64,000 nt of DNA from Cetorhinus maximus (taxonomy: Eukaryota), in NCBI RefSeq assembly GCF_964194155.1, contig NC_135893.1, forward strand, positions 85,622,001 to 85,686,000, in the 5' to 3' direction. The translations under genes and the position numbers were made by a program. Of this stretch, positions 53,801 to 64,000 are shown one piece after another (positions within the stretch are counted from its first letter, which is position 1; each line of letters begins with the position of its first letter). A model generated the notes under the pieces. It ran no database searches. It was given only the letters and a program-made list of their open reading frames with translations, and was not told where the DNA came from.

Positions 53801-56800
53801 AGATGAGGACAAGGATTCTGACTTCAGTTTATTTCCTACATTACAACAATGACAGCATTTTAAAATTACTTCACTGGCTGTAAAGCACTTTGTTATGTCC
53901 TGAGGTTGTGAAAGAGCCTAACACCCTGTTTGGGTAGTAAGCAAGAGGGACAGGTACTTTCAGAATACGGGAGTGCAGCGAGAAAACAGAGAGAGTAATC
54001 TAGTTTGGAGTTGACAAATACATATTTAAATCTGCTGATTTTAATATGTTTTATTTTTTTAAGCTGCCGGGATGGGATCAGGAGGTTCTGGGAATGTGCT
54101 CTTAATGTCCTTTTATTCTTACCAGTGACCTTAGTGTCGTGACATGTCACAAGACCGCCAAGGTCGGAACCCGCCTGGTTTTTGACCATAATGGGCAAAT
54201 CAGTGAAAAAATACCGCACCCTCGACAGCAAGGGACGACGGTTAGTGTTCAACAGTTGTTTTGCACATTACCAGTCAGGCACAAAGAGTTTCAGCGAAAT
54301 ATTAAAAAGGTGAGTTTGTGTTTTTTTAAGTTTTTCATGAAACTATGCCAAATAGTCAACACTAAATATTTTATATGTTGAATTCAATCAATCCCTCCCT
54401 GGGTCTAATGTAGGTTCCTGTCTCTCATACAGTTAGGAACAGCTCAGGAACCGGAGTTCAATTATCTATGCTGCTCTGCATTGACTCACTGTCAGTAACA
54501 GTAGTAGCTGGAATTTATACACTGGCACAAAAACAGTAAACGCTGGACACACATAGCACCTGAAAAGGGTTAATATTTTGGTGTGAACCCTTTATATGAA
54601 CCCATCTTTTCTTTTACAAAAACTGATAGGCTTGCTGTCCAACTCCCTGCACTTTTGTTTTTATTTCAGTTTCTTAACATTGGTCTGTTACTATGCCATA
54701 CATTCATTCAGCCCAAAGGGTCTCTGCCAGTGTTTATGTTCCACACAAGCCTCTATGTTCCTTGCTTCACCTAACTCTATTAGAATAATCCATTCTTTCT
54801 TCCCTCTTGTTTATCTAGCTTCACCTTAAATGCATTTTCTTAGTATAAATGTGGGTACTTGGTTTTCCAACGAGTCTGAATGAAATATTCATCTTGTATT
54901 TTAAAAAAAATTTTTAATGTTCAGGTTGCACTATTATAAATCTGGAGCTTTTAATTTTTTTAAATTTAAAACAGGAATACAGTAAAATGGCACACGTGCT
55001 GCAGGCCTATTGCATCATTTCTACAGGTATACGGATAAATTGCACAAATCAGCTTGGACAAGGAAAGAGGAACCCTGTTTTTTGCACCAATGGATGCACC
55101 ACGTTGAAGGAAAACATCAGCGCAGTATTCGGATCGAAGCAGGTAAAATAATTATAGTGCAACTGCCCGATACAAAAGAACTTCACTGCACAAACAACCT
55201 CTGCCTTGTGTATCCACTTCAGTTATGTGCAAAGTAATGTTGATGCTTCCTCCCTCGTAAGGGAGAACTTGGGGTATTTTGGATACCCACTGCATTCCAC
55301 TGTAACAAGCTACCTGATTATCAGCAGGAAGCAGACACAGTGTTGTTGCGCTGGAAGGCTTCCTCATCCTGGGCCTATTAGGATGGGGAGACCTCTCAAT
55401 ACAGCTGTTAACATAGCAAATATTTGGCATGTTTGCAAGCTGAGATAATCACCCTTTTAGCTTCTTTCACACACTCATAGTTGCCATATGCTTCCAATGT
55501 AAAGCAGGCCAAGTTGTCAGCTTCACTGTGGTTGATGTATTTGTACAATGTGATAGACTGATTGGGGGAAAGGATTTCCCATGAGGCAGGGCAGATAGAA
55601 TCACTTTTTCGTATGCATGCTGTGTCTGTGTCGTAATGGTGTGAGAAATAGAGATACCACAAACGTGCAACAAAGGGATGTGGAGGTGGGAGAACTGTTG
55701 GAGAAGCTTTGCTGGGAGTGTTTGAAGGTGAAACTGGGAAATGCTATGTTCTGCAGCAATGAACACTATAAAAATTCATTAAGCATAGAGCACTTTCATA
55801 CCTACAATATATTGTACGCTTTGCACACACAACAAATTGCCTGCTGGGTAGCATTAATTTACAACTTGCTTATTAAGAGCCTGACCAACATGAAGACTTA
55901 AGCTCAATCTAAGCTGACACCCAGTGCTACCTACAAAACGATATTTAAACCACGGTCCTGTGTGGGTCTGCTCAGGTGGAAATTTAAGAATCCCAAGACA
56001 TTATTCAAAGAGTAGAGAGTTTTCCCAGTGTACTGACCAACGTTCTTCTCTCAATCAATTCCTTAAGGAACCTGGTAACTGGCCATTCATCTTGTAGGAT
56101 CATAGAATGGTTACAACACAGAAGGAGGCTATTTGGCCCATTGTGTCTGTGCTGGTCCTCTGAAGAAGAAATTCACCTAGTGCCTCTCCCATGCCTTTTC
56201 CCTATAACCTTGTAATTTTTTTCTTTTCAGATAATGATTCAAGTCCCTTTTGAAAGCCTCTATTGACCCTGCCTCCATCACACCGTCAGGCAGTGCATTC
56301 CGGATCCTAACCACTCACTGCATGAAAAATGTTTCCCTCATGTTGAGATTGCATCTTTTGTCAATCACCTTAAATCTGTGCCCTCGTTCTCGATCCATCC
56401 ACCAATGGGAACAGTTTCTCCCTATCTGTCCATACCCCTCATTATTTTGAATACCTCTATCAAATTTCCTCTCTTCTCCAAGGAGAACAGTCCCAACTTC
56501 TCCAATCTTTCTAGTTAACTGAAGTTCTTAATTCCTGAAATCTTTCTCATGAATCTTTTCTGCACCCTCTCTAGTGCCTTCGCATTCTTGCTAAAGTGTG
56601 GTGCCCAGAACTGAACACAATACTCCAGTTGAGGTCGAACCAGGGTTTTATACAGATTTAACATAACTTCCTTGCTTTTGTACTCTGTGCCCCTTTTGAT
56701 AAAGCCCAGGATGTTGTATGCTTTATTGACTGTGCTCTCAGTCTGTCCTGACATCTTCAGTGATTTATAATGCATGTACACCCAGGTCCTTCTGCTCCTG

Positions 56801-59800
56801 CACCCTCTTCATAATTGTACCCTGTATTTTTTGTTGTCTCTCTTCATTCTTCCTAACAAAACGAATTGCTTCACATGCCACATTAAACTTCATCTGCCAC
56901 TTGTCTGTCTATTACACCAAGTCTGTGTCCTTTTGAAGTTCTACACTATCCTCCTCAGGTTCACAGTACTTCCAAGTTCCATATCATCTGTAATTTTTTT
57001 AATTGTGCCATGTGCAGCAAAGTCTAGGTTATTAATATATATCAGGAAGAGCAGGAGTCCTAACACCAATCCCTGGGGCACTCCATTATGAACCTACCTA
57101 CCAGTCCAAAAAACAACCATTCACCACTACTGTTTGTTTCCTGTCACTCAGCCAATTTTGTATCCATGTTGCTACTGTCCCTTTTGTTCTGTGACCTCAA
57201 ACTTTGCTGACAAGTCTTTTGTGAGGCACTTTATCAAATGCCTTTTGGAGACCATATACACCTCATCAACCATCTCTGTTATCTCATCAAAAAACTCAAG
57301 TAAGTTAGTTACACACAATCTTCCCTTATCAAACCCATGCAAGCTTTCCTTAATTAATCCGTATTTGCCTAAATTACTATTAATTTTGTCCCAAATTATT
57401 GTTGTCAGAATTCATTTAATACCTCAGCCATGCCCCCTGCCTTCATGTGTAAATCCCCTTTTCGACCTCTAATCAGTCCCACTCATCCTCTTACCACCCT
57501 TTTAATATTTATATGCCTACAGAATGACCATTGGATTCATTTTTATGTTAGCTGCCAGTTTCTTCTCATGCTCTCTCTTTGCTTTTCTTATTTGCTTTTT
57601 CAATTCTCCTCTGAACTGCTATATTTGGCCTGGTTCTCAGTTGTATTGTCCACCTGACATCCGTCAGCATACTTTTCCTACTTCATGTTAAGTTCAATCT
57701 CTTTCGTCATCCAGGTTGCTCTGGACTTATTTGCCTTTACTTCTCCCTTCGTGGGAATATATCTTGACAGTACTTGAACTATCTCTTTTTTAAAGGCAGG
57801 TTGTTGTTCAATTACAGTTTTGCCTGCTAATCTTTGATTCCAGTTTATCTGGGCCAGATCCATTTTTACCCCATTGAAGTTGTCTCCCCCTGCCCCCACC
57901 CCATTAATTATTCTTACTCTGGATTGCACCTTGTCCTTCTCTGTAGCCAACTTAAGCCTTATCATACAATGATCACTGTCCCCTAAATGTTCCCCTACTG
58001 ACACTTGATCCACTTGGCCCACCTCATTCCCAAGAACCAGATCTAGCAGTGCTACTTTCTCATTGGACTGGAAACATGCTGCTGTAGAAAACTCTCCTGA
58101 ATACACTCTATTGCCCCTCTCTGCCCTTTGTGCTCCTACTATCCCAGTCTGTATTCGTATAATTAAAGTCCTCCATTATAACTACCCTATAATTCTTCTA
58201 CTTCTCTGTAATTTCTCGCAAATTTGTTCCTCTACATCCTTCCCACTAGCTGGTGACCTGTAGACTGCACCAAGCAAAGTAATTACACCTTTTTTTGTTC
58301 CTTAGCCCTAGCCAAATAGATTCTGTCTTTGACCTCCCTGGCACATCCACTCTCCCCAGCATTGCCTTTTCTTTCATGAATACTGCCACCCCTCCTTACC
58401 TTCCTTTCCTGAACACCTTGTATCCAGGAATATTTAATACCAAGTCCTGCCCTTCTTTGAGCCAACTTCATATTTCCACATGACTATCTGCGTCTGCAAC
58501 TCACCAATCTTATTTACCACACCCTGCACATTCACATACATGCTCGGTAACCCTAATTTACACTTTATTACTTTCCCTCTTACACTGAATCCACCTAATA
58601 CTTTACTATTCCCTACTCTAGTACTATTTGTCTCTCCCAATATTATTTGCACCTTTGTATCCCTCGCTAGTATTATCTCCTGGTTCCGACACCCCTGCCA
58701 AGTTAGTTTAAACCCTCCCCAGTGGTACTTGCAAATCACCCTGTTAGGAAATCGGTCCCAGCTTTGTTTAGGTGCAACCCATCCAGTCGGTATAGGTCCC
58801 ATCTCCCAAAGAGCTGATTCCTATTTCCCAAGAATTTAAAGCCTTTCCTTTTGCGTCTCTCCAGCCACCCATCTCTCCTATCGTACTATTTCCATACTCA
58901 CGTGCGTGTGGTACCGGGAGTAATCCGGAGATTACTACTTTTGAAGTTTTGCTTGCTAATTCGTACCAAGTTCCCTAAATTATGACTTCAGGACCATATC
59001 CCTCTTTCTACCTATGTCATTTCTACCGATGTGGACCCTGACCATTGGCTGTTCATCCCCCCCCCCCCCCCCCCGGGTGAACCGTCACTTTCATCAGAAC
59101 TGAATACTGGTAGGAGACTGAGATGAATTCAAGGGAATCCCGCACTACCTTCCTGTTTGTTCTTTACTGCATGGTGTCACCCATTCCCTCTCGTCCTGCA
59201 TGCTCTTAAGCTGTGGGATGACCACATTTATAAACATGCTATTCATAAAGCTCTCAACAGTGCAGTGGATGCACTGCAGTGAAGCCAGCTGCTGCTCAAG
59301 CTTCGAAACCAGAGCTTGAACTGCTACAATGACAACACTCCCTGCATATATGCTTATCCAGGACATGGGAAATATCCTGGAGTTCCTGTATGGAATAGGA
59401 TGTGCTCTCTAGGGGTCAGAGCTGTCCTGCCATTCTCTAATAGATAATAAAACCTGAAAAAAAGGACTCAGCAGCTACTCACTTCTCTTCTGTCATCACT
59501 TAACTATAAGGAGGTTAATTGAAATGCTTTACTTACACTTATTTTTGATAATAAGTGTTATTTTTTTAATTTCCCAACTCCTTAGACTAACTTCAAAATC
59601 TTGGGAAGCAAAGCTACAGTACTGTCCAGCCAATCAACTTACAACCTTCCTGTGATGTCACAGTTTGATTTCTTTTTCTCTCATACTTCAATGATTCTGA
59701 CCTGCTGCACACTCCTCCTGATCTACTTCATGGTGATCCTGACCTGCTGCACACTCCTCCCAGTCTGCTTCTTAGCGATTCTGACCTGCTGCACGCTCTT

Positions 59801-62800
59801 CCCTGTTTGTTACATGTGATCCTGACCTGCTTCACACTCCTCCTGGTCTACTTCACAGTGATCCTGACCTGCTGCACACTCCTCCCAGTCTGCTTCATAG
59901 CGATTCTGACCTGCTGCGCACTCTTCCCTGTTTGCTACATGTGATCCTGACCTGCTGCACACTCCTCCCAGTCTGCTTCATAGTGATCCCAACCTGCTGC
60001 ACACTCCTGGCCTGCTTCACAGTGATCCCAACCTGTTGCACACTCCTGGCCTGCTTCACAGTGACCCCAACCTGCTGCACACTCCTCTCGGTTGTTTTGA
60101 AATGACAATGCTAGTGCAGAATAGCTGCCACATTTTCCTGTGAATCAGCCTAAAAAATAAAATTGACCAAGTAATAAGATGTGTAAATGTTAGTATTTTT
60201 ATATCTGTACTACTAACTTACCCTTGTGAAAGTTTAATGTTGCCACCCATGTGATCGTTTATGCATGTTAAACATAAGCCAGAGCTCCTAGCCACGTTGA
60301 GAGCCTTTCAGTCATTGCAGTATAATGAGTATTGAAATAGAGAAGCAAGGAATGTTCAATTTAAAAGGGTAGTAGGAACAGATTCAGTAACATCTTTCAA
60401 AGGCGAATTGAATAAATAATTGAAGGGGAAAAATTTTGCAGGTTTGTGGGGAAAGAAGAGGGAAGTAGGTCTAATTGTACAGTGCTTTCAAAGAAGTCCG
60501 ATGGGACAAATGATGTTTTTCTGTTTTACATGATTCTATGTAGTTTTTTTTTGTGCTTTCCAGTTACAAAATCTTGTCCCTTTTGTTCAACTATGCCCTA
60601 GTGAGGCTATTTGTGAAGATTATGGAATTAATCCTGCTGACATTCCTGAAAAGCTCTACAAGTGAGTGATGATCAGTAGTTAATATATGGAGTTAAGTTA
60701 GCTATGATTTCATTGAATGGCAGAACAGGCTCAATTCCTTTGCTGATATATAATGTATCTGATTTTAACATTTGTTTTAATAGTGGACAGAAATTGAACA
60801 ATTGTAAAATAGGATCTTTTCATACATTCGTGGGTTGTGGGCACCACTGGTAAGTTTGGCCTTTATTGCCCATCCCTAGTTGCCCTTGAAAATGTGCTGG
60901 TTAGCTGCTGCCTTGAGCTGCTGCATTCCATGTTGTGTAGATTCACATACAGCTGTTTGGGAGGGAGTTCCAGGAATTTGAACTACTGAAGATGAAGGAA
61001 CGCCAATACATTTCCAAATCAAATGGTGTGTGACTTGGACGTGCTCATGTCCCCATGCACCTGCTGCCCTGTCCTTCTATGTTGTGGAAGTCATGGATTC
61101 AGGAGGTCCTGCCAAAAAAGCCCGATTAGCTACAGTGCATTTAGATAGTGTACACTGTAAAATTAAATGTTGTGAAATTGATTTCAATTAACCTGGCATT
61201 TTGATGCCTGTCACTAGAAAAATTAACCCAGCTGGTTCGCTAATGCACATCAGGGAAATGAAAATGCTGCCTCTATCTGGTCTGTCCTGTACAGGACAAC
61301 AATAGTCCACATGATGTGGTTGACTGTTATGCTCTCTGAATTGGCCTAGCAAGTGTAATTATGACTCCATATCGTTCTTGTCTCTTGAGTCAGAAGATTG
61401 TGGGTTCAAATCCCACTCCAGAGACTAGACTCATAATTCAGGCTGACATTCCAAGTGCTGCACTGTTTGAGATGCCATCTTTTAATGAAACATTAAACAA
61501 GTTTGATCTCTTGGGTGGACATAAAAGAACCCATGGCATGATTCGAAAATCAAGAGAGTTCTTCTCTGTGTCCTGGCCAATATTTATTCATCAACCAACA
61601 TCACTAAAAAGCAAATTAATTGGTCGTTATCACATTGGAAGCTTGTTGTGTGCAAATTGGCTGCCTTGTTTCTTACATTACAACGACTACACTTCAAAAA
61701 GATTTGGTTGCAAAACACTTTGGGACATTCCAAGGTCATGAAAGTTGCTATAAAAATGCAAGTCTTTCACAGAATCACAGTGCAGAAGACGCCCTTCGGC
61801 CCATCGAGTCTGCACCAACACGTGAGAAACACCTGACCTACCTACCTAATCCCATTTACCAGCACTTGGCCCATAGCCTTGAATGCTATGACGTGCCAAG
61901 TGCTCATCCAGGTCTCTGTAGAAAGCCACATATTTGTACAAACGAAGCACAAAAGGCTTCACTTTCTCAACTAGGAATGGGTAATAAATGAGCCCTTGCC
62001 AGTGATGTCCACAACCTGAGAACGTATATAAATAAAACATGTTGGCCGCCCTCCATATTTCTATTTCATCATGCTAACGCACATGGGGTAAGAAATGCTA
62101 CAATGATTAAAGAAAATAAGTTTTTTTGACATACTTTATTCTGCTTTTCGCATTAGAAAATATTCTCAGCTTTTAAGCCTCTGGGATTGGTGCAGTTTTA
62201 AACTTCCTGAACAATTCTGTTCCTGGGGACAACAGGATATGTGGGCAGGCGCAAGCTAATCAAAGAATCTAGATATCCCACTTAAAAATAAAACAATATA
62301 GTGTATTAATGAACTACAATAGTTTTGCTTTGATGTCTTCAACTGCTTAGCTTGCTATCTATGAATCAATGATCATGCCAGTCTCAGTGAGCAATCATTT
62401 ACAATGTGAACTGTATGCCTTTTAGTGGCTGTTGATGAGCGGTATAAATATTAGCGCTTTCAAATGGTTCATTTTCTGATCAATGTTTCCAAAGACTTTC
62501 AGAAGTATCTTAAATTCCCCACTTTCTACATAGTAATGGGAGCATATTCATAGTTGAATATACTTGAAGAGGAAAGAGAGTTTTATGCATAATGACAATC
62601 ACAAAATTTACAGCATAGAAACAGGCCATTCGGTCCAACTAGTCCATGCTGGTGTTTATGAGCCACCTGAGCCTCTTACCACCCTCCTTCATTTCACTCT
62701 TGAATATCCTTCTAACCTGCAGTTCAGATAAGTCAGTGCCTGCAGCTCCACCTCCTCCCATGACTAAGTGAACTTAGTGAGTAGTTAAGTCACAGACTGG

Positions 62801-64000
62801 GAGGATCCCAGCTAGGAGCCCCAGCAAGGTAGGACAATTGCTTCCAGTGCCCCTAGGTGAGAAGGGGAATAGAGAGATGGAGGCGCCCTCTTGGTTGCTA
62901 TCCAGTGACCTCTAGCGCAAGTGAGTGTGTGTTGGTCTTGGATGTGGACAGAAATGATGCTTATTCAATACACACATCCTCCTCCTATTCTACTCTGTAA
63001 ATGGGTTCACATAGTTGTCATCAAGACTCTTTGATCAGATCTACATTACTACTCGGCAACTAAACATCAGTGATGGGGAGCAGCTCCCTGTTCCTGGAGT
63101 AGTTTTAGAGGCAACAGCAGGGAGGGAATAGAGGATTGCAGCTATTCTGCTGACCTGGCAGTTCATACTAATGAATAATATTTTGTGTGCAATAACAATA
63201 ACTTTCCTTTTTATGGTACATTGAAGAATCATAGGGTTCGTGTCTCGTAGCGATCACGGCGTTGGCAGGAGTTCAACTGATCGACAGTTTTTCTTCATCA
63301 ATCACCGACCATGTGACCCAACAAAGGTGAGGAGCAATAACAGTTAAAATTTGTGAATTATTAAATTAGAGTGACTATTGACCATGCTGTTGACATACAT
63401 GCTATTGCAATGGCTATAGACAGCCCTACAATCTGCTGTTGGCCCCATGCAATTAAGGGATTATAATTAACAAGCATTGTTCACAACACAGTTATCACTA
63501 AATGCATCCAGTCTCTGATTATAGCTTGTGCCCTTGATTCTTTGTGGTGAGCTTCTGATCTGGTCTGTGCCAGTGGTTCTTTGTCATCAGTCCCTGATCA
63601 GTGTTGATGCTTCCTTGTGCTCAGTTTGTGATCTCGGTTGGGCCATTGGGAGCCAATGAACCATCTCATATATAAATGGAAAAACTCATGATTAAGTCAG
63701 TCTACACCACTATTGTGCTTCTTTTGGCAGACAGCATACTGACTAGCTGCCTGACCTAATCCAAGAATGATTATTAATTTTGAGGGATGCTAAAAAATTG
63801 AAATAATTGACACATTGGGAAGAATGGAGAAGTAAAATCTGCAGTCTTACTCAGTGTATCTAGTGACCGTCTATCATTGTGTTTGTTTCTTTGATGATGA
63901 CTAAAGTGATTTAACATTATTTTTAGGTTTCCAAACTTGTAAATGAAGTCTATCACATGTACAACAGGCACCAGTATCCATTTGTTGCCCTTAATATCTG
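47879..64000 (+). CDS. PMS2: Mismatch repair endonuclease PMS2, exons 1-9 (3' part outside the window)
   Basis: join(47879-47889,49934-50073,51027-51113,53042-53144,54126-54309,54975-55142,60564-60661,63227-63326,63927->64000). MutL ATPase motifs [39 protein letters not shown], plus [13 protein letters not shown]. Confidence 0.96.
47957..48382 (+). mobile_element. SacSINE1-like SINE in PMS2 intron 1
   Basis: Full head-core-tail structure starting about 68 bp after the exon 1 donor. Confidence 0.8.
49934..50073 (+). CDS. PMS2: PMS2 exon 2
   Basis: tttag|C TCA; [41 protein letters not shown]|gtaagg. Confidence 0.96.
51027..51113 (+). CDS. PMS2: PMS2 exon 3
   Basis: ttcag|AT; [29 protein letters not shown]|gtaagt. 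Confidence 0.96.
51219..51274 (+). repeat. Perfect 28-bp tandem duplication
   Basis: ttagtttggtgacggtgattaaaatgtg x2. Confidence 0.95.
53042..53144 (+). CDS. PMS2: PMS2 exon 4
   Basis: gaaag|CA; [35 protein letters not shown]|gtatt. Confidence 0.95.
54126..54309 (+). CDS. PMS2: PMS2 exon 5
   Basis: accag|T; DLSVVTCH...[26 protein letters not shown]|gtgagt. Confidence 0.96.
54975..55142 (+). CDS. PMS2: PMS2 exon 6
   Basis: aacag|[32 protein letters not shown]...VFGSKQ|gtaaaa. Confidence 0.95.
56100..60087 (-). mobile_element. Near-full-length degenerate CR1-type LINE (different subfamily) in PMS2 intron 6
   Basis: RT C-terminus (56515-56781), endonuclease (LLDLVLGNE...HLGDSDH), ORF1 zipper remnant ([11 protein letters not shown]) and a 5' tandem array. 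Confidence 0.85.
59690..60087. repeat. Tandem array of ten 39-42 bp units at the 5' end of the CR1
   Basis: Core gatcctgacctgctgcacactcct; the acctg motif recurs at 59700, 59742, 59784, 59825, 59867, 59909, 59950, 59992, 60031 and 60070. Confidence 0.95.
60564..60661 (+). CDS. PMS2: PMS2 exon 7
   Basis: ttccag|[21 protein letters not shown]...LY AA|gtgagt. Confidence 0.93.
61385..61765 (+). mobile_element. SacSINE1-like SINE
   Basis: B box, core and tail. Further copies lie near 1245-1700, 14540-14820, 22050-22380, 22560-23130, 36905-37310 and 37890-38205. Confidence 0.75.
63227..63326 (+). CDS. PMS2: PMS2 exon 8
   Basis: tgaag|A; [33 protein letters not shown]|gtgagg. Confidence 0.93.
63927..64000 (+). 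CDS. PMS2: PMS2 exon 9 (truncated by the window end)
   Basis: ttttag|[24 protein letters not shown]. Confidence 0.95.

Noticed and set aside
59690-60087. Possible CRISPR-like repeat-spacer array
   Set aside because: The sequences between cores are similar to each other, there are no cas genes, and the context is a vertebrate intron.

Overview
Vertebrate genomic DNA, almost certainly an elasmobranch (shark), judged from the abundant Deu-domain SacSINE1-like SINEs and CR1-type LINEs. It carries the conserved block known from human 7p22. (1) A complete 15-exon EIF2AK1/HRI gene (+, 1868-37704, about 714 aa). (2) A complete 3-exon ANKRD61 gene nested antisense in EIF2AK1 intron 11 (-, 25888-20971, about 429 aa). 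(3) A complete 4-exon AIMP2 gene (-, 47313-39387, 309 aa). (4) The first nine exons of PMS2 (+, 47879 to the window end), head-to-head with AIMP2 across a bidirectional promoter of about 565 bp. I reconstructed all exons by hand from GT-AG boundaries and frame continuity; gene names rest on recalled similarity to human proteins, not on a database search. Introns are dense with retroelements. I found no wholly new multi-gene system. The best leads are: a SOCS-box-like C-terminus on ANKRD61; a hammerhead-like Penelope-type element inserted with a 10-bp duplication into an older copy at the predicted cleavage region; a shared 5' architecture (tandem monomers plus a CRE/CCAAT module with identical spacing) in two different near-full-length CR1 LINEs; a two-heptad duplication in the HRI C-terminal coiled coil; altered HRI heme-ligand residues; and a 1.7-kb insert with a 780-bp G-run tract and a long hairpin.
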